64,000 nt of DNA, taken from contig CAVYKI010000006.1 of assembly GCA_963769025.1 (NCBI GenBank), positions 448,001-512,000 on the forward strand. The letters run 5' to 3'. The DNA comes from an uncultured Verrucomicrobiae bacterium. Lineage in GTDB: Bacteria > Verrucomicrobiota > Verrucomicrobiia > Chthoniobacterales > Chthoniobacteraceae. Below the pieces are notes generated by a model. The model had not been told where the DNA came from. It saw only the letters and a program-made list of their open reading frames with translations, and did not search any database. Shown here piece after piece: positions 10,216 to 21,086 of this stretch. The first letter of the stretch is position 1. Every line of letters begins with the position of its first letter. The position numbers were made by a program, and so were the translations under genes.

Positions 10216-11280
10216 CTACTCCGGCAGCACGACGACATCCGCGGGGTCCGCGCTGGCGAACAGCTGCCCGTGGTCGTTCCCGAATGCGAACTTCGGATTC
10301 AGCTCGAAAATCTTGAGCGTCTGTCCGCTCGCCGCGAACCGATATTGCGCCATCTCGCCGAGATAGACGCGCTCCTGGATCTTTCCCGAGATCGAGTTCA
10401 GCGGTGCGGCGGTGGTGGAAAGGCGCAGCGTCTCCGGGCGCACGCTGAGCAGGACTTTCTGCCCCGCCTGCGGCTGCCAGCCGTGTGCGACTGCGGAAAA
10501 TTCGCCCAGCGGCGTGCGGACCGAGACGGAGTCCGAGGCCGTGCTGCTGACGGTGCCGGTGATGAAATTCGTCTCGCCCATGAAATCCGCGACGAAGCGC
10601 GAGGCTGGCCGGCGATAGACTTCGGCGGGCGCGCCGGCCTGTCGGATGTGCCCGGCCTCCATGACGGCGATCCGGTCGCCGACGCTGAGCGCCTCCTTTT
10701 GATCGTGCGTCACGTAGATGGCGGTGAGCCCGGCTTCCTTGCAGATGCGACGGATTTCGCCGCGCATTTCGATGCGGAGTTTTGTGTCGAGATTGGAGAG
10801 CGGTTCGTCGAGCAGCAGGCAGCGCGGGCGGATGACCATCGCGCGGGCGAGTGCGACGCGCTGCTGCTGGCCGCCGGAGAGTTGGTTGATTTTGCGCGAG
10901 GCGTATTGGCCCATCTTCACGGAATCGAGCGCCGCGGCGACGCGCTTTTCGGTTTCGGCGCGTGCGACCCGCCGCTCCTCGAGACCGAAGGCGACATTTT
11001 GCGCGACCGTCATGTGCGGCCAGAGCGCGTAGCTCTGGAACATCATGCCCGTGTTCCGCCGGTGCGGGGGCAGGCCGGTCACATCTTCGTCGCCGAAAAA
11101 AATCCGTCCCCCGTCTGGCGGGTAAAATCCGGCGATGCTGCGGAGGAGGGTCGTTTTGCCGCATCCGCTCGGGCCGAGGAGGAAAAAAATTTCGCCCGGA
11201 CCGATTGTGAGGTTCAGCGAATGGAGGGCGATCGTGTCGCCGAAGCGCTTGGTGAGGTTGTCGATGCGAATGGAAATCAC
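10216..11280 (-). CDS. ABC transporter ATP-binding protein (FbpC/PotA family)
   Basis: GPSGCGKTT, LSGGQQQRVALARA, LLLDEPLSNLD, YVTHDQ, C-terminal TOBE-like region; GTG start inferred. Confidence 0.93.
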   Translation of the reverse strand: MISIRIDNLTKRFGDTIALHSLNLTIGPGEIFFLLGPSGCGKTTLLRSIAGFYPPDGGRIFFGDEDVTGLPPHRRNTGMMFQSYALWPHMTVAQNVAFGLEERRVARAETEKRVAAALDSVKMGQYASRKINQLSGGQQQRVALARAMVIRPRCLLLDEPLSNLDTKLRIEMRGEIRRICKEAGLTAIYVTHDQKEALSVGDRIAVMEAGHIRQAGAPAEVYRRPASRFVADFMGETNFITGTVSSTASDSVSVRTPLGEFSAVAHGWQPQAGQKVLLSVRPETLRLSTTAAPLNSISGKIQERVYLGEMAQYRFAASGQTLKIFELNPKFAFGNDHGQLFASADPADVVVLPE

Positions 11281-11472
11281 GACCGTGGCGGCGTTTGTAC
11301 CGGGGTGGAACGCAATTGGCAAACGCCCATCCCGTCCGGTTCGCGAAGGCGCTCGCTGGATCGCGATGCGGCCCCGTTTTGCGCCGAACGAGCCGGAAAA
11401 GCGGAAAAATTTCGCACGCCTGTCTTTTTCCTCGCAAAAAGCATTGTGGGCTCGGTATTTACTCCCCTTGAG

Positions 11473-12651
11473 ATGATTCGCCGGGACTATTTGATCGTTG
11501 GTGCTGGTGCCGCTGGGGTAGCGGCCTGCGAGGCTATCCGCGCGATCGACAAGCGGAGGAGCATCATGATGATCACCGCCGAGCCGCATCCAGGCGTGAC
11601 TCGTCCGGACCTTCTGCCGGGAATTCTCGGCCAAAAGGGTGCGCCGATCGAAAAACTTCTCGAAAGGGATTCCGCGTGGTTTTCGCGGATGAAAGTGGAT
11701 CTGCGTCTGAACACGCTCGTCACGCAATTCAGCATCGAGCAGCGGGCCGCGGTGCTCGTGACCGGGCAGGCGGTGAAATTTGAAAAGGCGCTGCTGGCCA
11801 CCGGCAGCCGCGCGCGGCGTCCCGCGGTCGCCGGTGCCAATCTCGGCAACGTCTTCTACATTCGCACCGCGCGCGACCTTTCCGCGCTGCGCGAGGTGGT
11901 GGACTCGGAAAAGAACGTCGTCATCGTCGGTGGTGGATTCGTCGCCGTGGAAACTGCGGCGCTGCTGCGCAAGCTGAAGCTGAACGTGACGGTGATCACG
12001 CGCGCGCCGGCCGTGTGGACGCGGTTTTTGGATCTCGAAACCGCCACGTGGCTCACGAACTACCTCGCCGCAAATGGCGTGAAGTTCATGCTCGGCGAGC
12101 ACCTGAATGGCTTCGAGGGTCGCACGGTGCTCCAGCGCGTGCAGACCAAGAGCGGGCAGCGCCTGGATACGACCGTCGCGATCGTCGCGATGGGCTCGGA
12201 GCCGAATCTGCAGCTCGTTTCCGCCTCACCGCTTTGGTCGCAAAATGGCTGCCCGGTGACTGAGCGCCTGGAAAGCGACGAACTGGGCATTTTCGCCGCT
12301 GGCGACATCGCGCTGTATCCGAACCCCGTCCTCGGCGGGATGCGCCGCGAGGAACATTGGGACGCCGCGCTCGCGATGGGCCGTGTCGCCGGCCACAACA
12401 TGGCCGCGAAGAAGATGGTGAATTTCACCTACATCCCGTGGCATCAGAGCCGGATTTTCGACCTCGATTTCGACTTCGTCGGCGACTTCACCCGTCCGCC
12501 GACGCGCGTGGAACTGGAAGGTGACCGCAACAAGAAGCGGAAGTTCACGCTAAAGTGCTACCAGCTCAACAAGCTCACCGGCGTCGTCTTCTGCAATGAG
12601 GACGAGAAGAAGGTGAAGTCCGTGCGCGCCGACTTCGCGAAGCTGAAGTAG
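11473..12651 (+). CDS. FAD-dependent pyridine nucleotide-disulfide oxidoreductase (ferredoxin reductase-like)
   Basis: IVGAGAAG, LLATGS, IVGGGFVAVE, FAAGDIA, REEHW motifs. Confidence 0.88.
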   Translation: MIRRDYLIVGAGAAGVAACEAIRAIDKRRSIMMITAEPHPGVTRPDLLPGILGQKGAPIEKLLERDSAWFSRMKVDLRLNTLVTQFSIEQRAAVLVTGQAVKFEKALLATGSRARRPAVAGANLGNVFYIRTARDLSALREVVDSEKNVVIVGGGFVAVETAALLRKLKLNVTVITRAPAVWTRFLDLETATWLTNYLAANGVKFMLGEHLNGFEGRTVLQRVQTKSGQRLDTTVAIVAMGSEPNLQLVSASPLWSQNGCPVTERLESDELGIFAAGDIALYPNPVLGGMRREEHWDAALAMGRVAGHNMAAKKMVNFTYIPWHQSRIFDLDFDFVGDFTRPPTRVELEGDRNKKRKFTLKCYQLNKLTGVVFCNEDEKKVKSVRADFAKLK

Positions 12652-12810
12652 CGGCGCTGGCGGTCGCGCTTGGGAAGGCGCGGGGTTTCGACACGCAGTC
12701 GTGGGGGTGGATTGAGGTTCCGAAGCGAGGTGCGGAAAAGAACGTCCTCCGCGTTCCTCAACGATCGCTCCGCGCCTCTGCGCTGAAAACGGCCTTTCTC
12801 CCTCGCCGAA

Positions 12811-14527
12811 TCACGGGAGCGCTTCGATCTTCAGCCCCTTCACGCGGAGTTCCGCGCCTGTGCCGAGAAGATGGAATGACGGCGAGACGCGGCGGCGGTG
12901 GCGCGGGTCTTCGACATCGAACTCCACATTCCCATCCACGCTCACGGTCAGTTTCCCGCTTTTCCGGAGCACCTCGATGGCATGCCACTTGTCGTCGCCG
13001 AGAGCGCGGGTGCCGGCCTTCACGAGGGCGTCCGTGGCAGCGCGATAGTCCACGAGCGCGATCGCGGACGGTCCGCCGAGGCTGAGCGTGATGCCGTGAA
13101 AGCCCGAGGAATCGCGTTCGCCGCAGAGCACGAGTTCCGCGGCGGCCTTTTCACCGCGGATGCGCACCTGTGCGGAGAGCCTGTAGTCGCCGGAGACCAT
13201 CTCGCTGGTGAGCGAGACCGGCTTGTCCGCGCGTCCGGTGCCGATGAGTTCGCCGTTCTCGACACGCCATCCGTCCCCGCCGGGAATCCAATTGTGCAGA
13301 TCGTTGCCGTTGAAGAAATCGTTCGCGTTCAACTCGGTGACGAGCATCGGCACCTGCTGTTTCTGGCGCAGGTAGAGGAAAAGGTCGCGCACGTCGGGCT
13401 CATGGAGCGGCGTGAGCAGGCCCTCGGGCATCATGCTCAGCGGGCTGACCTCGGTCGATGCGACATCCGCGCGTTGCACCGTGACGACCCCGCCGCCGAG
13501 CGTCTTCAGCGAGATCGCCCGGTCCGTGTCCTCGGTGACGATGCCTGCCACGATCTGTCCGTCCTTCGTCTTCACAAAGGTCTGCTGGTAGTCCTTCCCG
13601 ATGATCGCGTTTGGGTCGAGGATGTTGCTCAGCAGGTATTCGAGATCCTCGAATGCGCCCGGAAGCTCTGGACCGATTTTCCCGCCGGTGCCGAAGAGCG
13701 TGTGGCACGCCGCGCATGCCTGCGCGTAAAGCGCGCGCCCATGCTGCGCATCCGCGCGGAGCACGAGATCGGTGGTGACAAATTCGCGGTACTTCGCGAT
13801 GAGCTTCTGCTTGTCCTCATTGGGTGCCGAGACCGCGCCAAAGTTCTTCGCGAGCCATGCGTCGAGCGCCGCGTCCTTCAATCCCTGGAGCTGCCGTGCG
13901 ATCGGCGCCGTGAGTTCCGCCTTCGGGATCTTCCTGGCCTCGATGGCGGCTATGAAAACCTTCGCGCCAGCGGGTCGCGCGAGCATCGCCTGCATCGCCG
14001 CGCGCCTCTCCGCGCTGTCGAGCTTGGCAAACGCATCCGCGGCAGCCTGCGCGACGCGCGGATCGTCGTAGCCGGTGAGCCCGCGCAACGCGGGTTCCCG
14101 CAGCGGGCCGGGCTGGGTGACGAGTTGCAGCAGCGTGTCCAGCGATGCCGCATCGCGCTGTGCGACGAGCGCATCGAGCGCCTGCTTGCGGGCCGCGATC
14201 GGCGCACTTCGCATCCGTGAGCAGCTTGCGCATCTCGTCGAGCGCGCTGTCGCCGCCGAAAATCGCGGCGAGCGCCTGCGCGTGCGTGCGGACCTGCTCA
14301 TCTGGGCTGTCCTTGAGCTTCGCGTACACCTCGGGCCAGCCCTTCGGCTCCGCGATGCCGCGCTGGCCTTGCAGCGAATCGCGCATGCCCTTGAGGATGC
14401 TCGACTGCGCTGCCGGGACGGCGATTTTCCCGAGCGTGGAGACGAGCAGATCGAGCTTCGAGTTGTCCTGCGCGCCCGCCCCTGCTGCGAGCGCGAGCGC
14501 GATGACGAGAGCGAGCGTGCGCTTCAT
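12811..14527 (-). CDS. Exported c-type cytochrome (PVC putative heme-binding domain) with C-terminal DUF1080-like domain; one frameshift near 14210
   Basis: Signal MKRTLALVIALALAAGAGA continues into the frame carrying CAACH, GPEL, ILDPNA, SMMPEGL and FFNGNDLHNW. Confidence 0.8.
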
Positions 14528-16335
14528 TTTCCGGCGGCGATGCGGCGCGTGATGAACTCCTGCACCTTCGGAATCTGGCAGCTCGCGAGCAGTTCCGCAG
14601 CCTTTGCGGTGTCGGCGGCGACGGCTGGCTCGGCGGCATACCAGAGCATGAGCGGGAGGTTCTGGTCGGTCGCATCCTCGGCATGCGAGGCGAGTGCGGT
14701 GAGGATGGGCCAGCGGTCGGCGATGGCGATGCGCTGCGCGGCGCTCGCGATGCGGAGGCGCACGAGCGGGCTCTTGTCGTCCTTCGCCAGTCGCGCGAAC
14801 TCGGCGAGCGCCGTCGCGCCGGGCTTGTTGTTTTCGCAAAGCGAGCGTGCATCGCCCAGCCGCGCACGTATTCGCTCTTGGCCGTCAGCGCCTTTAACGC
14901 CGTTGCCTCCGCCAAAGTGCCGCCGCAGTGCAGCGCCCAGAGCGCGCGGAGCTGGCGCGTGTCGTCGGCGTTCTCAAAAAGGATCTTCTCCAGCGCGGCG
15001 GTGCCCTCGGGTTTCAGTCCGCGCTCCTGCAGGATGCGCCGCGCGTGGCGCACGTACCAGTCGTTGGCGTGGAGCTGATACTGCACGAGTTCGGCCTCGC
15101 TCGCCTTCGAAAGGTCCACCTGCACGGGCTTCACGCCGTTCGTCGTGACCTTGTAGATGCGCCCGTTCGTGCGGTCGGTGAACTCGCGCTGCTGATGGCA
15201 CGGCACCTTGTCGTACCAGTCGTTGATGAAGACCGATCCGTCCGGCCCGTACTGCGGTGAGAGCCCGCGGAACCACTTGTCGCCGCTGTCCATGAAATCG
15301 CCATTGCGCTCGCTCTTGTAACCCGAGCCGCTGCGCACGACGCGCTCGTTGCGCTGCTTGTTCATGTGGATGTCGTGGAAGAAAAGCGTGTCGCGCCATT
15401 CCTTCGGGAAGAGGTCGCCGAGATAGACCATCATCCCGCAGTACGCCGCCTTCTCGTAGCGGCCCCAGGCGATCGTCTTGATGTCGTCGTAGGTGTTCGC
15501 ATTCGAAGTGCGGCCCGGCCTGGCGCTGATAGCGCGCGCCCTGGATGCACGTGCCACATGTGCGGGATCACGCACGCGGCGAAGAACGCCTCGCCGTGAT
15601 CGTTCCAGTCGACCCCCCACTGGTTGCTCGCGCCCTCGGCCCATACGCTCGAAGATTCTTCTTCGTCGGATGAAAGCGCCACACGCCGGCATTGATCGCG
15701 CATGCGCTCGGCCTTCGGCGTGCCGGGCTTGCCGACATTCGACAAAGTGAACACGCCGTGCGTGCCGTAGAGCCAGCCGTCGGGCCCCCAGATGAAATCG
15801 TTCAGCGTCTCGTGCGTGTCCTCGTACCCCCAGCCGTCGAGCACCACCTCGGGCTCGCCCGTCGAGCTTGTCCTCGCCATTCTTTCACCGGGAAAAAGAG
15901 GAGGTTCGGCGGAGCGCCCACCCACACGCCGCCGTGGCCGACCGCGATGCCGCTGGCGAAGGTGAGCTTGTCGTAAAAGACCGTGCGCTTGTCCGCGCGC
16001 CCGTCGCCGTTGGTGTCCTCGAAGATGAGGATGCTGTCCTTCGGCTCGCCGGGGCAACGGGGTAGTTCGTGTTCGTCACCACCCACAGCCGCCCGCGGTC
16101 GTCCTGCGTGATAGGCGATCGGCTGCACCACATCCGGCTCGCCGGCGACGACCTGCACTTTGAAACCCGGCGGCAGCTTGAATGCCTTTGCCGTGTCCTC
16201 CGGCGTCATCGACGGCGCGGTTGCCACGGGGCGGCCTTTGTCCTCGAGCGGACTCTTGGGCGGGGCCTTGCCGCCGGGAGGGATTTGGGCGAACGCGGCG
16301 GTGGCGGTGGCGAGGGTGAGGAGGAATGTGCGCAT
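14524..16335 (-). CDS. PVC-type membrane-bound dehydrogenase domain protein (beta-propeller plus HEAT-like), several frameshifts
   Basis: Consecutive frame fragments: MRTFLL..FKLPPGFKVQVVAGEPDVVQPI; DDRGRLWV; FEDTNGDGRADKRTVF; DTHETLNDFIWGPDGWLYG; NDWYDKVPCH; ANDWYVRHARRILQER; DQNLPLMLWYA. Confidence 0.8.
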
Positions 16336-16495
16336 TGGGAGTGAAGCAGGATGGCCCGCGGTTTGCGCGGGCCTTAGCCGTGCGATTCATCGGAAACTGC
16401 CAGTGCGAAGTCCAGCCTCCGTCTCATCCGGTGATGTAGCCCGGCTCTTATCGGCTTGCTGGACACCCGCCGCGATCCCCGCCAATGCTCCGCGC

Positions 16496-18983
16496 ATGAA
16501 ACGTCTCCCCGCGCTTTTCTCCGCCGCGCTGCTGCTCGCAGGATCGGTCATTTCCTCGGCCGTGGATTCCATTCCGCCGAAGGCGGAGGACGGGCGGGTG
16601 CTGAACCTCGGCTTCGAGGACGGCACGCTGCGCGACTGGACGGCGTCGGGCGAGGCGTTTGAGAAGCAGCCGGTGAAGGGCGAGATCGATCAGGCGCGGC
16701 CGTTTGGAAAAGGGCGCACGGCGAATCGCAAGGGCGAGTTCTGGATCGGCGGCTACGAGATTTTGCGCGATGACCCGAAGGGCACGCTCACTTCGGCGGC
16801 GTTCAAGGCGGCGCAGCCGTGGGCGAGCTTTCTCATCGGCGGCGGGTCGCTGCCGGGGACGCGCGTGGAGATCGTGACGAAGGACGACGGCAAGGTGTTC
16901 CACACGGCGCGCGGCGTGAACAACGAGACGATGGCGCGCTCGGTCGTGGATTTGCGCAAGCTGCAAGGGCGCGAGATTTTCATCCGCATCGTGGACGAGG
17001 AGACGGTGGGGTGGGGGCATGTGAATTTCGACGACTTCATCTTCCACGCAGAGGAGCCGAAGTTTCCCGCCGAGCAGCTCGCGCAGAAGCCGGGGCCGAA
17101 GATCGATCCGAACTTGAAACCGGACGCGATCGAGTACGCCGGGCTGCCTGCGGAAAAGGCGGCGCAGGTCGCGACGGTGCCGGCGGGATATGAGCTGAAG
17201 GTTTTCGCGGCGGAGCCGGACATCATCAATCCCATCGCGTTCTGCATGGACGACCGCGCGCGCGTGTGGGTCGTCGAGGGCATGACGTATCCGCAGCGCG
17301 CGAAGACGGAGCCGGGCGCGCCGGAGTGGCTGGGTGGGAAGGATCGCATCCTCGTCTTCGAGGACACGGACGGCGACGGGAAGGCGGACAAGCGCACCGT
17401 CTTCATGGAGGGGCTGAATCTCGTGAGCGGGATCGAGGTCGGCTTCGGCGGAGTGTTCGTCGGCGCGGCGCCGAATCTCATTTTCATCCCGGTGGAAAAT
17501 TGGGACGAGCCAAAGCCGGGCAAGGCCGAGGTGCTGCTGAACGGCTGGGGCGGGCAGGACACGCACGAGACGCTGAACACTTTCAAGTGGGGGCCGGACG
17601 GCTGGCTCTACGGCTGCCACGGCGTCTTCACGCACAGCGTCGTGGGCAAGCCGGGCGCGGAGGAAAAGGATCGCGTGAAGCTGAACGCGGGCATCTGGCG
17701 CTGGCAGCCGCAGCGGAAGGAATTCGAGGTGTTCGCGCACGGGACGAGCAATCCGTGGGGGATGGATTGGAATGCGGACGGCGATCTCTTTGCCGAGGCG
17801 TGCGTGATTCCGCACCTCTTCCACATCATCCAGGGCGGGCGCTATCACCGGCAGGCGGGGCAGCATTTCGACCCGCACACTTACGACGACATCAAGACCA
17901 TCGCCGACCACCGGCATTTCCTCGGCGGCGACGCCGCACGCCGGCAACAACCGCAGCGACGCGGCGGGCGGCGGCCACGCGCACGCGGGCCTGTGCATCC
18001 CGCAGCACCCGAGCTGGCCCGACGGCATCCGCGGCAATGTGCTCATGAACAACATCCACGGCGCGCGCATCAACATGGACGTGCTGGAGCGCAAGGGCAG
18101 CGGCTACGTCGCGCACCACGGCGCGGACTTCATCAATTTCCACGACAAGGCGAGCCAGATCGTGGACATCCGCGAAGGCCCCGACGGGACGCTGTGGATG
18201 ATTGACTGGTATGACGTGAACCAATGCCACAACAACCGGCGCGAGGCGCATGATTACACGACGGGGAGGATTTTCCGGCTGGGGAAGAAGGGGCAGAGGT
18301 CGTCAAGGCAGCAGATTGGCAAAATGAATGTTGAGCGAATTGGCGAAGCCGGCATGTGGCGACGCATGACGACGTCTGGGTATCAAAGCGCGCAGTTCGC
18401 ATTCTTCAGGAACGCGCAGTGTCGGTGTCCGAAGTGAAAACTTGTCGGAAATCACTCGCGATACCTACGGAGGATGCCCTAAAGAAAATCAATCCTCGTC
18501 CCGCATACCCCGACGAAACTTCAGATCTGCGTGCGTCTGGCTGCTCTCATTCACAGCCTCGACGAGGCTGATCGGGGAGTTCTTGAAAAGGTCTGCGAAA
18601 GGACCACGCCAAGTTGCTTGATATATTGGCATTCGATTCGGTTTCGCTAGGTGAGTTCATTCGGAATGCCTGCGCAGCAGGCAAAGCCAGCGACGATCTC
18701 CGGGAGCTGCTTCTCTGTTCTTGGAAAGAAGGCGCATTCCCCCATCGTCCGCCTCGCGCTCGCGAGCGCGTGCCAGCGGCTCACGGTCGAGCAGCGCAAG
18801 CCCATCGTCCTCGCGCTGCTCGCGCACGAGGAGGACAAGGACGACCAGAATCTCCCGCTGATGTACTGGTATGCCGCCGAGCCCATCGTCGCCGCCGACC
18901 CCGCCTGGGCCGCCGAGGCGCTCGCCGCGTGCAAGATTCCGAAGCTCACCGAGTTCATCGCACGGCGGATGTCGGAGAAGTAG
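16496..18983 (+). CDS. PVC-type membrane-bound dehydrogenase domain protein with extra N-terminal domain; frameshift near 17935 and a garbled low-GC segment at 18290-18735
   Basis: Signal peptide; LNLGFEDGTL..WGHVNFDDF domain; FAAEPDIINPIAFCMDDRARVWV; FEDTDGDGKAD; DTHETLNTFKWGPDGWLYG; IDWYDVNQCH; DQNLPLMYWYA. Confidence 0.8.
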
Positions 18984-19077
18984 CCTCGCCGCCCGGCTTT
19001 CGGCCTGTCCACACGGCAAGTCCATCCTTCCGCTGCACTACCTGAAAAAGGCCCGATTGCGGCATACCGTGGCCAAG

Positions 19078-19680
19078 CTGGTCTTGCAGAGGTCTTCCCG
19101 CTCGGCCGGGATAGGGATTTTCGGACCTGTACGGGGCCACCCGTCTGCCGGATCAGGCGTCTTCCGTCCTGCACAGGGCAGTCCTGCTTGCCGAATCAGT
19201 GTCTTCGGACCTGTACAGGGCCATCCGTTTGCCGGATCTGGCGTCTTCGGACCTGTACGGGGCCACCCGTGCCGGACCAGGGAGTCATTTCGGGCCTGTA
19301 CGGGGCCACCCGTTGCCGGATCAGGTGGGTCTTCGGTCCTGTACGGGGCCATCCGTTTGCCGGATCAGGGGTCTTCGGACCTGTACGGGGCCACCCGGCC
19401 GGGCGGGTAGGCATTTTCCGTCCTGCAAATGGCAGTTCCGCCGACCGGATGGGGGCTTTCCGACCTGTAAGCGGCCATCCTGTCGAGCGGGCGGGCCTTT
19501 CCGTCCTGTAAGAGGCCACCTGGTCAGCCGGGACGCCATTTTCCGACCTGTAAGAGACCGTCCTGCCCAGCGGGCAGGGCTTTCCGTTCTGCAAGGGGCC
19601 ATCCGCTTGCCGGGACAGGGTCTTTCCGACCTGCAAGGGCGCATCCGCCTGCCGGAACAGGGGGTTTCTGGTCTGGACCG
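19078..19680. repeat. Degenerate 42-bp tandem repeat array, about 14-15 units
   Basis: Unit starts at 19120, 19162, 19204, 19246, 19289, 19332, 19374, 19416, 19458, 19499, 19541, 19582, 19624, 19666; consensus about TTCGGACCTGTACGGGGCCACCCGTTTGCCGGATCAGGGGTC. Confidence 0.92.
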
Positions 19681-19886
19681 CACGGGTTGTTCAGGGGCTG
19701 TGAGTGGTGACTGGTGGGAAGTGACTGGTGGATGTGCGGCGACGACGGCCACCATTCACAAGTCGCCAGTCGCGGTCATTGCACGACCGACATTCGTGGC
19801 GCACGCCGAATCTCCGACGCACAGCGTTGACCTTGGCTCGCGTGCTGCTTTTGCTCCGCCCGCGTCGTTTTCGATGCAGCCCAAAC

Positions 19887-21086
19887 ATGCCAGCCCCATA
19901 CTACGATGTGCTTTTCGCCGCGTTCGCCTTCATCCTCGGCGCGAGCATCGGGTCGTTTTTGAATGTGTGCATTTACCGGATGCCGCTGAGGCTCTCGGTG
20001 AACAAGCCGAAGCGGTCGTTTTGCCCGCACTGCAAATATCAAATCCCGTGGCATGCGAATCTGCCGCTGGTGACGTGGATCGTGCAGCGGGGAAAGTGCG
20101 GGAACTGCGGGGCGCCGATCGCCGTGCGTTACGTGCTGGTGGAGCTGCTCACGGGGCTGCTTTTCCTCGGCGCGTGGCAGCGGATCATGCAGCTCTCGGT
20201 GGGGCAGACGGCGGATGCGTGGGTGCTGGCGCTGCCGCTGTTCACGTTCATCGCGCTGCTGGTGGTGGCGACGTTCATCGACTTCGAGCACTACATCATC
20301 CCGGATGAAATCACGCTCGGCGGCGCGGTCGCGGGTGTGCTTTTCAGCGCGGCGCTGCCGCTGCTGCAGGACCGGATCGGCGACGCGGGAATCGGCGACG
20401 GGCTGCTCGCGGGGCTGCCTTTCCTGCACGACAAGGCGAGCCATGTGTGGGGGCTGGTGATGTCGCTCGCGGGCGCGGGCGCGGGCTTCGGGCTGCTGTG
20501 GCTGGTGAGTGTGCTGGGGAAGATGGCGTTTGGAAAAAAGACGCTGGAGTGGAAGGAGCCGCAGGCGTTCACGTGGCGGCTCGCGGACGAGCGCGCGAAG
20601 CTGACGGTGGGCACGGAGGAGATGTGGTGGGATGAGCTTTTCTCGACGGAGAAGGACTGGATGGTGATGGACTGCGCGCGGCTGGAATTCGACGGGAAGG
20701 CGCGGGAGAATTTCGAGCTGCGCTCGCAATACGAACGGCTGGAGATCGACGGTGCGTCGCACGATCTGAACAAGGTGACGGAGTTCACGGGCACGGTGAG
20801 GCGCATGACGTTCAAGCGCGATGCGATGGGATTTGGCGACGTGAAGTTCATGGCGTGCATCGGGGCGTTCCTCGGGTGGAAGGCGATCCTTTTCACGGTG
20901 ATGTCGGCGTCGGTGATCGGGGCGTTCGTGGGGATACTGACCATCGCGATCGGACGTCGCGAATGGTCGGCGAAGATTCCGTTCGGCCCATACCTTTCGC
21001 TCGGGGCGCTGCTGTGGCTTTTCGCGGGGCCGGAATTGCTGTCGCTGTGGGTGGCATTCGCCGGCGGGGAGACGGAATACCGGTAG
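19887..21086 (+). CDS. pilD: Type 4 prepilin peptidase (A24) with internal insertion domain
   Basis: GSFLNVCIYRMP, SFCPHC, GKCGNC, FIDFEHYIIPD, MGFGDVKFM, IPFGPYL. Confidence 0.93.
   Translation: MPAPYYDVLFAAFAFILGASIGSFLNVCIYRMPLRLSVNKPKRSFCPHCKYQIPWHANLPLVTWIVQRGKCGNCGAPIAVRYVLVELLTGLLFLGAWQRIMQLSVGQTADAWVLALPLFTFIALLVVATFIDFEHYIIPDEITLGGAVAGVLFSAALPLLQDRIGDAGIGDGLLAGLPFLHDKASHVWGLVMSLAGAGAGFGLLWLVSVLGKMAFGKKTLEWKEPQAFTWRLADERAKLTVGTEEMWWDELFSTEKDWMVMDCARLEFDGKARENFELRSQYERLEIDGASHDLNKVTEFTGTVRRMTFKRDAMGFGDVKFMACIGAFLGWKAILFTVMSASVIGAFVGILTIAIGRREWSAKIPFGPYLSLGALLWLFAGPELLSLWVAFAGGETEYR

Noticed and set aside
9232..11472. N-terminal extension giving a 1139-aa ORF
   Set aside because: It is the antisense of the ABC genes; the real oxidoreductase begins at 11473.
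18290..18735. Canonical DGR variable region
   Set aside because: No reverse transcriptase, avd or template repeat was seen in the window, and the segment is much longer than a typical VR.
19078..19680. CRISPR array
   Set aside because: Units are degenerate, the variable halves resemble each other rather than being unique spacers, the period is only 42 bp, and there are no cas genes in the window.
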